In this document: positions 49,512 to 59,000 of the stretch, one piece after another
Layout: each line of letters opens with the position of its first letter
How positions within the stretch are numbered: the first letter of the stretch is position 1
Source of the DNA: an uncultured Candidatus Saccharibacteria bacterium
GTDB lineage: Bacteria > Patescibacteriota > Dojkabacteria > SC72
Reading direction: 5' to 3'
NCBI GenBank assembly: GCA_964536135.1
Contig: CAZHVM010000001.1
Location: 29,268 to 93,267, forward strand
DNA: 64,000 nt
Program-made: the position numbers and the translations under genes
Notes under the pieces: model-generated
Told to the model about the DNA's origin: nothing
The model's input: only the letters and a program-made list of their open reading frames with translations
Databases searched by the model: none

Positions 49512-49916
49512 ATGAAAAATGCTATCATAACAAAAGAAATTGGAGCTTCTCCAAACTATGACGAAAATAAAGTCGGCGATTATTTTGCTGCCCTTGGCTA
49601 CGACATTTTATTTCTCGCTATTAACAAGGCTTTACACCATACATCACCAGATATTGAAATGTGGGGCAAGAAATGGGAGATAAAAACTCCCAAAGAAAAC
49701 GGTAAATACACTATAGAGCATACAATTCAGCATGCTTCCAAGCAGTCTAAGCACATTATCATCGATTTACGTAAATCTAAAATGTCAGAATCAAAAGCAT
49801 TATTAAAGATTCAAAGAGAATCAAGATTACGAAAGGTAATCAAAACTGTATTGGTAATTACAAAATCAAGAGATCTCTTGATTATAAAGGGGAAGTTTGG
49901 TAGCATGAAAGCATAG
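49512..49916 (+). CDS. Standalone PD-(D/E)xK nuclease, CdiA C-terminal tRNase-like
   Basis: SPD......WEIKTP......I...A.KQ...IIID pattern. Confidence 0.7.
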   Translation: MKNAIITKEIGASPNYDENKVGDYFAALGYDILFLAINKALHHTSPDIEMWGKKWEIKTPKENGKYTIEHTIQHASKQSKHIIIDLRKSKMSESKALLKIQRESRLRKVIKTVLVITKSRDLLIIKGKFGSMKA

Positions 49917-49961
49917 GAACACCTCCTTTGTCGGATGACTTAGGGGGTGTTCTTTTTTTTT
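49917..49961 (+). terminator. Intrinsic terminator
   Basis: GAACACCTCCT...AGGGGGTGTTC followed by a long T-run. Confidence 0.75.
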
Positions 49962-49987
49962 ATACCTTCTTTCTTATTTGTTTAAAT

Positions 49988-50061
49988 TCGGGGTGACTCG
50001 ATTTGAACGAGCGACCTCTACGTCCCGAACGTAGCGCTCTAGCCATCTGAGCTACACCCCG
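49988..50061 (-). tRNA. tRNA-Pro(CGG)
   Basis: CGGGGTG acceptor, CTACG-TT-CGG-GA-CGTAG, GTTCAAATC. Confidence 0.96.
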
Positions 50062-50240
50062 TTACTCTTCTCCCCTTTCTTGTAATCTACATACTCCTTG
50101 ATTAAACCGGCTAATAACACAGTAAAATCATCTACATTACCTAACAAAGGTATAGCATCACTTATAAAATCAATAGGAAGTATTAAATATACTAATGCAA
50201 CAATAATTATCCATCTATCCTTAAAGAATCTCTTTAACAT
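50052..50240 (-). CDS. DUF1232 (YkvA-like) small membrane protein
   Basis: Y.I.PID.I.D.IP.LG..DD motif. Confidence 0.88.
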   Translation of the reverse strand: MLKRFFKDRWIIIVALVYLILPIDFISDAIPLLGNVDDFTVLLAGLIKEYVDYKKGEKSNGV

Positions 50241-50257
50241 AATATCTTTTTAACAAA

Positions 50258-52027
50258 TTACATCTGATCCACAACCTCTATACCCAAAAGATTTAACCCC
50301 TCCTTCATAGTTACCATCGTGGCTTCAACAAGACTAAGAAGGAATTCCTTGTCCTCGTCCTGAGCATCAAGTATACGAACATTCTGGTAGAAATTGTTAA
50401 ATTTCTGTCCTAAATCGAACAGATATTGGCAAAGTATCGATGGACAATAGCTCATACCGGAGTTAAGCACAACACTTCTGTATTTGCCAATGCGATTAAG
50501 CAACTCCTTCGCATAGGGATTTCCTAAACAGCTACCAACACACAGGCTCCCGAGATTCTTAGAATCCGAATCTCTCAGGAGAGAACTTCCCCTTGCATAC
50601 ACATACAGAAGATATGGTCCCGTATCTCCGTCAAAGCTAATACTTTTTTCAAAATCAAAGATAACATCCTTACCTACCCCTACTTTCAAGAAAGCGTATT
50701 TTATTGCCGCTTGAGCTATCTTTTCAGCACTCTTTTCCTTCTCACCCTTACCATTCTCCTCCATTACAGCAAGGACCCTCTTCTTTGTTTCGTCTAACAA
50801 CCACTGAGCCTCTATTATTTTCCCTTTCCTGCTAGACATTTTCTCAGCACCTGGAAGCTTAACCATACCATGTGGCATATGTACTGTTTTCTCTGCCAAA
50901 TCTTTTCTTAATTTGCTCAAAGCATCTAATAAGACTTTGAAATATCCAGATTGCTCATTACCAGTAATTATTATTGACTCGTCATACTCAACTAACTCAC
51001 CCTTTTTAATAGCCAATCCCAAATCTTTTGCCTCGTAGGTAGGAATTCCATACTTATTTACAAAAACCCTTGTATGCAAACCCTTTTCTTTGTCTCCCTC
51101 GTATATAATTGCACCCTCATCTTCCTTAAATACGCTTCCTACATTGTCCAAAACAATCTTTAAACCACTCTCTCCTACCTCACTTTCGAAAAAGTAATAG
51201 TCAAAAGTAGTTCCTACTCGTTCATATATTGTTTCGAAGTAATCTAAACACCACGATCTTCCCTTCTGGTACATATCTTTAAGATCAACTCCTTCATACA
51301 CAGGAACATCTTTCTTCTCTAACTGAGGAATGAACATGGAGAAAATGTAATAGTTAATAGCATCAATTTCCTTAATTGCAGCTTCATCTTTGTCATCGTC
51401 ATAATACTTAAATCCAAGCATATATGCTTCTCCTAGATACTTTACCCTCTCAATTAGACTTTTCTGCTCTACATCCTTAAAAGACACACCATTCTCTTCC
51501 ATCATCTTGACTATACCCCACAAAGTTTTGGCCACATGAAGACCAACATCCCCTTGGTAGTTTGCTCTCTTTACTGTGGCCCCAAGAGCCTCTGAAAGCC
51601 TCGCAAAAGATTCTCCAACTATGTTGGTATATAGGTGACCAATATGTAGTATTTTAAATGGATTAGCATCTGTATACTCAATTACAATCTTCTTACCATC
51701 TTTACCACCAATGCTTGTAAATTCCCCACTCTTTACCTTACTTAATTCCTTAAGTAAATGCTGGTTTGATACAAAGAAATTTACAAATCCTGGCTTAGCA
51801 GCCTCTACCTTTTCAATATCCTCATCCTTCTCAATTTTACTTACAATATCGTTGGCAATATCCAAGGGATTTTTCTTTAAAATAGAAGACAATCTCATCG
51901 CGATATTGCTTGAATAGTCTCCATTCCCACTAACTCTTGGCTCCTCTACTTCAATGATATCGTACTGCACTCCCATCTCTTTTAGAGATCTTTCAATCAT
52001 TCCCTCTATTTTTTTCTTAATATCCAT
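50258..52027 (-). CDS. argS: Arginine--tRNA ligase
   Basis: GDY..N, N..K.LHIGH, KMSSRKG, GPYL.Y.YAR. Confidence 0.97.
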   Translation of the reverse strand: MDIKKKIEGMIERSLKEMGVQYDIIEVEEPRVSGNGDYSSNIAMRLSSILKKNPLDIANDIVSKIEKDEDIEKVEAAKPGFVNFFVSNQHLLKELSKVKSGEFTSIGGKDGKKIVIEYTDANPFKILHIGHLYTNIVGESFARLSEALGATVKRANYQGDVGLHVAKTLWGIVKMMEENGVSFKDVEQKSLIERVKYLGEAYMLGFKYYDDDKDEAAIKEIDAINYYIFSMFIPQLEKKDVPVYEGVDLKDMYQKGRSWCLDYFETIYERVGTTFDYYFFESEVGESGLKIVLDNVGSVFKEDEGAIIYEGDKEKGLHTRVFVNKYGIPTYEAKDLGLAIKKGELVEYDESIIITGNEQSGYFKVLLDALSKLRKDLAEKTVHMPHGMVKLPGAEKMSSRKGKIIEAQWLLDETKKRVLAVMEENGKGEKEKSAEKIAQAAIKYAFLKVGVGKDVIFDFEKSISFDGDTGPYLLYVYARGSSLLRDSDSKNLGSLCVGSCLGNPYAKELLNRIGKYRSVVLNSGMSYCPSILCQYLFDLGQKFNNFYQNVRILDAQDEDKEFLLSLVEATMVTMKEGLNLLGIEVVDQM

Positions 52028-52045
52028 ATTTTTATTCTAACATAA

Positions 52046-52122
52046 TGGCGCACTCGGAGGGATTCGAACCCCCAACCGTCGGTTCCGAAGACCGATGCTC
52101 TATCCAGTTGAGCCACGAGTGC
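52046..52122 (-). tRNA. tRNA-Arg(TCG)
   Basis: TCGGT-CT-TCG-GA-ACCGA, GGTTCGAATCC, CCA end. Confidence 0.95.
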
Positions 52123-52135
52123 ATTTTTAAATATA

Positions 52136-52209
52136 CGTACCTGGCCGGAATCGAACCGACAACCGTTGGCTCCGCAAGCCAATGCTCTATCCAATTGAGC
52201 TACAGGTAC
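52136..52209 (-). tRNA. tRNA-Arg(GCG)
   Basis: TTGGC-TT-GCG-GA-GCCAA, GGTTCGATTCC. Confidence 0.95.
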
Positions 52210-52242
52210 AAAAGAGCTACAAATTTATTAATTCTACCACAT

Positions 52243-53055
52243 TTATTCTAATTCAAATACAATATTCCCCTCCTCATATGTTATTAAATATTGCACATTA
52301 AGCTTTTTAAACATTTCCAATGTTTCATTGTGTGGATGACCGAATTTGTTCCCTTCACCAACCGAACAGATGGCTATCTCAGGTTCTACTGAATTGAGAA
52401 ACATCTCTGAGGAAGCAGTCCTTGAGCAATGATGACCAGCCTTGAGTATATCTACATCCCCAACATCATCAGAAATCTTCTCCTCCACCTCCTTTTCAGC
52501 ATCCCCCGTTAGCAGGATTCTCTTTCCGCCCACTTCTACATCCAAAACAACAGATTCATTGTTAATATTTTCCTCACACTTTGCTTCTACAGGATATATT
52601 ACCGACATCAAGATTTTTCCATACTTCAGCTTGGTTAAAGTATCCACTTTTACAAGTTTCTCTGCGTATTCTTCGAGCATAAACTTGTAAGAAGAAGTAT
52701 CCGTACATGACGGTGAATACCAGATACTATCTACGCTATAATTTTCCAGCACCATCAACAAGCCCCTCAGATGATCATCGTGTGCATGCGTCAATACAAC
52801 TACCTCGATATTTCTATCATACATAGGTATATATTTTGCAAGCTCATATAAAACAGCGTCATCTGGACCTCCATCAACTAAAATTTGAAAATTATCCTGC
52901 TGAATTAAGATTGCATCTCCCTGCCCAACATCAAGGAAAACGGCTACAGGCCCATCACTATGTTTGTTATACTGCATGAAAGTAGCAATTATAACAAAAA
53001 GAACTATAACCCAGTTTTTAAGAATAAATTTTAAGATAGTAATTAGAATCTTCAC
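52243..53055 (-). CDS. ComEC-type metallo-beta-lactamase-fold nuclease domain (standalone)
   Basis: DVGQGD, THAHDDH, LTGD, GHH.S, N.FGHP. Confidence 0.92.
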   Translation of the reverse strand: MKILITILKFILKNWVIVLFVIIATFMQYNKHSDGPVAVFLDVGQGDAILIQQDNFQILVDGGPDDAVLYELAKYIPMYDRNIEVVVLTHAHDDHLRGLLMVLENYSVDSIWYSPSCTDTSSYKFMLEEYAEKLVKVDTLTKLKYGKILMSVIYPVEAKCEENINNESVVLDVEVGGKRILLTGDAEKEVEEKISDDVGDVDILKAGHHCSRTASSEMFLNSVEPEIAICSVGEGNKFGHPHNETLEMFKKLNVQYLITYEEGNIVFELE

Positions 53056-54622
53056 CTCCTACAGGATAAAAATATATACAAAATAATACAACAACGACAG
53101 CAATAGCGATGGAAATCCACTTTCCATCAACCAAATCCCAATATCCAACACCACTATTACCAATTAACTGTACTACTATCTCCACATATTTAAGCTGTAA
53201 ATTAACGACATACATTAGAAAATGGTTCGATAGAACAAGCCCCAGCACACCAAACAACATAGTCGATTCGATAACAGGTAGTACCAAAGTATTTGCTATA
53301 ACAGCCCACATAGAGAATGTTTGAAAGGTAAAGATAGAGATTGGTAAGGTAGTAATCGTGCAACTGATAGTAGTTAAAACCGTATCCACAAAGAAACCCT
53401 CTCTAGAATTAATCTTAAGTGCATTGGTTATAGATGGCAAAAGATATATAAGACCACCTGTAGCACAACAGGATAATTGAAACCCTACATCAAAAACAAT
53501 CTTTGGATTAAACAGTATGAAAATAAAGATGCAGAGAAAAAACACCACATGTATGCTCCCCTTCCTACCCCACAACAACCCGATTAAAGTTATGCTTGCC
53601 ATTATACAGGCTCTCACTATCGATGCAGATACACCTGAGAGTAGGCAGAAACACCAGATAAACATTATAGACAGGCAAATTCTGATTCTCTTCGGCAGAA
53701 ATCTTAGAAACGAATTCACTACTATAAGCAAGATCGTTACGTTATACCCAGATGCTGCGACAATATGACTTATACCAGCAATGCGTATATTAGATTCAAA
53801 AGATTGACTAAATAGTCTATCTTCACCCATTAAAATGCCTACAAATAGAGAAGATTGAGGCTCATTTATATATTTCTCCACATTTTTAATAATTTCTTGT
53901 TTTAAATCTACCAGACATCTTTGTAAAAAATATTTTTTACTAAAACTATCACACTCCATTTTTGGATATTCCATCAAAAAATATATTTCCCTGTTTTTTA
54001 GAAACTTTTTGTAATCAAAATTCTCAGAAATTTTTGGTTCAACAAGAGTACCAGAAATTTTACATATATCTCCCACTCTAAATTTTTGGAACTTTTCTAC
54101 CTTAATTAAAATATCTCCGGAAATTTCGGGCTCTATATCACCACCCCGTAGTAATCGCACCTCCAAGTTTTGGTAGCTATGCTTTTGAGCAGGTTCAGAT
54201 ACCACCACTCCGTCAAATCCCGTGTAACCTGAAGTGAAACCCACCGCAATATTTGAAACAATTTTTTCCTTGTTCACCACTTTCAAAGAACACACTAGGC
54301 TAAAAGTGGCTACAGAAAAGACAAGAAGAAATATACTCATACCTTTACTAACCCTCTCCCTCCGCCCCCTATTATCCCTATTCATAAAACTATTGTCTTT
54401 CTCTCTTTTAGAGATACACAGAGCTATCGCAACAGTAAGTAAAGTGCAACAAGACATGTAGAACAATCCGATAGTTAGCGCGTTCCAATTGTTTCTCAGA
54501 AAAGGTATCCCGAAGAGAATAAAAAAGAGATGTAAAACAGAAACCAATATGATTTTGTAATCCCATACATAGACAAATAGGCTTACAAACCTCTGAGTAA
54601 AAATTTTAAGAGGATGAAACAT
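53018..54622 (-). CDS. comEC: ComEC/Rec2 competence channel (OB-fold + membrane domain)
   Basis: G..HI.A.SG.N, S..RA..M, GFQLS, N...P. Confidence 0.92.
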   Translation of the reverse strand: MFHPLKIFTQRFVSLFVYVWDYKIILVSVLHLFFILFGIPFLRNNWNALTIGLFYMSCCTLLTVAIALCISKREKDNSFMNRDNRGRRERVSKGMSIFLLVFSVATFSLVCSLKVVNKEKIVSNIAVGFTSGYTGFDGVVVSEPAQKHSYQNLEVRLLRGGDIEPEISGDILIKVEKFQKFRVGDICKISGTLVEPKISENFDYKKFLKNREIYFLMEYPKMECDSFSKKYFLQRCLVDLKQEIIKNVEKYINEPQSSLFVGILMGEDRLFSQSFESNIRIAGISHIVAASGYNVTILLIVVNSFLRFLPKRIRICLSIMFIWCFCLLSGVSASIVRACIMASITLIGLLWGRKGSIHVVFFLCIFIFILFNPKIVFDVGFQLSCCATGGLIYLLPSITNALKINSREGFFVDTVLTTISCTITTLPISIFTFQTFSMWAVIANTLVLPVIESTMLFGVLGLVLSNHFLMYVVNLQLKYVEIVVQLIGNSGVGYWDLVDGKWISIAIAVVVVLFCIYFYPVGGEDSNYYLKIYS

Positions 54623-54623
54623 T

Positions 54624-55280
54624 TCAAATACATATTTTGTCCTTAAATTTGTCCAATGTGGTCTGCCCAATTCCACTCACATTTAACAAGTCCGTTATCT
54701 GTGTATATGGCCTTCCATCAATTATCTTCTGTGCGGTAGAATCGCCCACTCCATTTAGTGTAGTAAGCTGCTCTTTTGTCGCTGTATTGATGTTTACACA
54801 CTCTACTTCCTCATTCTCGGTATCTATGCTTGATTCCGTATCGCTGAAGTTATCTTCCACATCCTTCGCTATAACCGCAAACTCCTGTAGTTTACAATCT
54901 ACATCTTGTTCAAAGGGGATATATATCTTTTGGTTGTTTTTAAGTGGTAATGCTAAGTTAATCTTTCTAGATAGATACTCCTTCGCATAACCTTTCTTAA
55001 GCCCCTTAGATGTGTTTAGCGCATCTACTATTATGGATCCTTCGTCAAAACAGTATACAGAGGGGACATTTACAGCACCAGAGATATCTACTCTTATCGG
55101 ACACTCTGGCTCCCCCTCCTCTATAGGCTCACATTTATTTTCTACAACATACACACTCTGTTCTTTAAGATTATTAGATATCTTTCCAACCTTTGGCAAA
55201 AAGTAGTAAATAGCAAGGGCACCGAGAAAAAAGCCCAAAAGGAAGAACATAATAAATACGTAAATATATCTCCTATTCAT
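54624..55280 (-). CDS. comEA: ComEA DNA-binding protein (SLBB + HhH)
   Basis: VDISGAV..P.VY, INLA, VNINTA...L..L.GVG...A.KII. Confidence 0.93.
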   Translation of the reverse strand: MNRRYIYVFIMFFLLGFFLGALAIYYFLPKVGKISNNLKEQSVYVVENKCEPIEEGEPECPIRVDISGAVNVPSVYCFDEGSIIVDALNTSKGLKKGYAKEYLSRKINLALPLKNNQKIYIPFEQDVDCKLQEFAVIAKDVEDNFSDTESSIDTENEEVECVNINTATKEQLTTLNGVGDSTAQKIIDGRPYTQITDLLNVSGIGQTTLDKFKDKICI

Positions 55281-55315
55281 TGGAGATAATATATATTATC
55301 GAGATTAAAAAACGA

Positions 55316-55972
55316 TTAATTCTCCAATATTTGGATTGATTCAACAGTCACAGCATTGACTGGCTTGTCGTCAGAATCCGTAGTTACCCTTTCAATGGAA
55401 TCAACCACTGCAAAGCCTTCTACAACCTCTCCAAATATAGTGTACGAACCATCTAGATTAGACATATTTGCCTGAGTAATGCCAGAACTAGTTATAAAAA
55501 ATTGTGAACCATTAGTATCTGCCCCTGCATTTGCCATACCAAGTGTATATGGTTTGTACTTTCGACTTGTTATCTCGTCGTCTACAGTATATCCAGGGCC
55601 TCCTCTGCCTGTTCCAGTTGGATCTCCTGTTTGTATTACAAAATTTCTAATTACTCTATGGAAGATAACTCCCTCGTAGTATCTCTGTCCAACTAAAAAG
55701 AGAAAACTGTTTACTGTCTCTGGTGTTTCATCCTCAAAAAGGTCTACCGTTATATCCCCAACGGATGTTCTTATTAATGCTTTGTAATTTATGCCCTTTT
55801 CTAGTACGTTTTCTGGTTTTGTAAATTGCATTGTATCTGTATTGATTAAATTATTTGTATCTACAGCTGAGCCTTTCAAAAAGGAAAGTCCTATTACTGT
55901 GGCAACAAGCAAGCCTACTGACAGTAGTAATATTTTTCTGTTTTCTTTTAACCCATCTTTAAGACCTGGCAT
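55316..55972 (-). CDS. Cyclophilin-type peptidyl-prolyl isomerase with N-terminal anchor
   Basis: FHRVI..FVIQ.GDP.G.G.GGPGY, MAN.G..TNGSQFFI. Confidence 0.95.
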   Translation of the reverse strand: MPGLKDGLKENRKILLLSVGLLVATVIGLSFLKGSAVDTNNLINTDTMQFTKPENVLEKGINYKALIRTSVGDITVDLFEDETPETVNSFLFLVGQRYYEGVIFHRVIRNFVIQTGDPTGTGRGGPGYTVDDEITSRKYKPYTLGMANAGADTNGSQFFITSSGITQANMSNLDGSYTIFGEVVEGFAVVDSIERVTTDSDDKPVNAVTVESIQILEN

Positions 55973-56008
55973 ATTACAGGATACTATATTTATATATTTC
56001 TTTGCAAA

Positions 56009-59000
56009 TTATGGCATATTTACCCACCAGAAAGGTTGTTTCTCACCACTACTGTTAAACCATTTGCCATGCCTCATTACCTGATCCATTGTAGGGCCAT
56101 CAGTACCATAGTCTAGTTGCACCTGGCTGATATAGAAGGTTGCATCTATATCCCAAGTATTAAATATTGCTTTGTATTGGAAGTATTGCCCACTTGATGG
56201 GAAAGTTAGTTCCTCTCCTGTATCGTCTGAAAGATATCCAGAGGTCGACCTTAGATCATCTATCCAGAGATTCCTTCCCTCATCTCCATTTGTAATGTTA
56301 AGAGTCAATAAATTTATAGCATTTACTTGAGTATTTATAGTTCTGTTCTTAATCGGTATATACTCCCTTTGCCATTTGAATACATCTGCATTCACTGTAT
56401 ATCCACCACTTGGAAATGTGGAACCTGTATCCCAAGAAGATACGGTTACAGCTCCTGTGCTAGCGGTTATGGCAGATACAGTACCTTGAGCTATATACTC
56501 TGTACCATCATAGTTTTCCTTTATAATGACTTTTTCGTCTTTGTACAACCCACTTCCTAGCTCATCTAGACCATAAACTGTTGCATCAATATTAAAAGAT
56601 GTATCTCCAGAGCCTGTTATGAGATTACCACTTACCAGAGATGCTCCAAAGTCTATCTGTACTGGGTGAGTTCGTGATTCCATTTCATATACCTGACGAA
56701 TATCTTCAGGGTTTCTAGCAATATTAGATATCCTAACACCATCAATAATTCCATCAAAATAGCTGACATAGTTTGTCATCATTGATCCAATAGTTAAATC
56801 CATTGCTTGAGTATTTGGAGTTACAGTAACACCAGTGGTAACTTTAACAAGTTGCCCATTGTGGTACAATCTTAGCTCATCTTCATCATCATCAAAAACA
56901 CCAGTTAGATGATGCCAAGAATTTAGCTCCAGTGATTCGTTCACTGTAGCATAGTAGTTTGATCCTGCAGCAACTTCAAAACCGAAGCTGTAACCAGCTC
57001 CTGTATTTCCTGCCCAAGAAGCATCATAACAGAGGCTAAGCCAAAAATTATGATTGTATGTTGAAGTTTCTCCGTACCATCCCTTTGTCACTATCCCTCC
57101 ACCACTCTCAGAAACACTTGGTAGACTATCAGGTTTTATCCATGCTTCAACAGTAAATGAAGAACTAAAATCTAAACTGTTGTCATCAAGAATAGTTACT
57201 TGATCTGAACCACTAAAATCAAGCCCATCTCCCATTTTTCCATCTGCCGGGGCTGGATAATCTAGCTGCGTAACAAGAGTTCCCCAGAGAGCTTTTGCAA
57301 CAAGTATATTATATGTCTTTGGTGTGAAGCTAACCCAAGTGGAATTGTTATCATATTGCCATCCGCTATTATATCTTACTGCTATAAAATTATTACTATT
57401 ATTAGCGTATGCTGTTATACTTTGCCCTGAAAGAGAAGGCGAATACATAATATAAAGGGTCGAAGAGACATCTTGTGCAGCGACACCATAATTAATACTT
57501 GTAGGAGATAGCGTCTCCCCTTCTAAAGTTACTATCTGACAGAAGCTATCACCACCTGGGCACGTAATATCCATCTCATAGTTGTTTGCAACTCCATTCC
57601 ACTGGTTCATTATCATTGTTAAGTTAGATGATAAAATTCCATATCTCATTCCATAGTAAGAAGTAATTCCAGAATTCCCTTCCCTACTTTGATCTATATA
57701 TGTCGAACCTTCACCACCTTCATCAAAGTTCCATAGACCAACAGTATTGGTGTCTGGTTGGTAGTTAGAGTACTCTGTTTCTCCCCATATAGTATTCAAA
57801 TATGAACCTGGTCTGTCCCCTGCAACATATATTGGTAATGTCGTTGCGGAAGAGAGATCCTTTTCCTCAATGATTGTATTCACGAATCCATCTTTTCCCA
57901 ATCTATAGGCATTTGCAATTTCATTTGTTGTACGAGCACCGCTTGAAATACGTATTTCATCCACCGAACCATTAAAATAAGCTTCACTAATCTGTGCTTG
58001 AGCTATCTTTAATGCCATACTTGAGAAATTAAATGTCATTGCTGTAGTACTTTTTAATACGCCGTCTAGATAACATCTACCCGTTGTTCCATCAAACGTA
58101 AATGCTACATGGTTCCAAGCCCCAACTACAGGAGTTATTTTACAATTACCAACATCCCAAGCCCCCAAATATATTCCTCCATCGGACTGATGTAAAATAT
58201 GGAAATTACCCGCAGAAGCGCCTCCAAGAAGTAATGGCCACTGCCTTGTTGTGGGGGTTGCTGTTGGTTTTATCCACATCTCTATGGAGAATGGGGTGTT
58301 TCCGAGACTTAATCCGCTAACACTTGCCAAAGATAGATAATCACTGCTTCCATTGAAACTCCTTGCTCCTTCAATCTTTCCGCTATTTAAATATGATGTT
58401 CCAGTTGGAGTTAAATGGTTTCCACTATTACCACTATCTTTGATGTATGCACCACTTCCTCCTCGTTCATCTAAATGCCATAGACCTACAGTATATCTAT
58501 CTACATTTTGCATTCCAGCAGATATTTTCTTACTGTAATCTCCTCCTATTTTAATTATAGAATCACTATTCGTCTGTATTACCTTAGATATTTGAGTACC
58601 CGTAAAATAATTTGCTTGTATTTCATCTTCCGTCCTTACAATACTTGAGATACGGATTTCATCTATTGAGCCATTAAAATAAGCTTCACTAACCTGTGCT
58701 TGAGCTATCTTTAGTGCTGTACTAGATAAATTAAATGTCATCGCTGTAGTGCTTTTTAATGCTCCATCAAGATAACATCTACCCGTTGTTCCATCAAACG
58801 TAAATGCTACATGGTTCCAAGCTCCAACTACAGGAGTCACCGAACACTCTCCACCATTCCAAACTCCAAGGCTGATAGTTCCACTTGTATTATACGAAAT
58901 ATGCAAATTACCTGCAGAAGCATCGCCCAAGAGTAATGGCCACTGCCTTGTTGTGGGGGTTGCTGTTGGTTTTATCCACATCTCCGTGGAGAATACTGTG

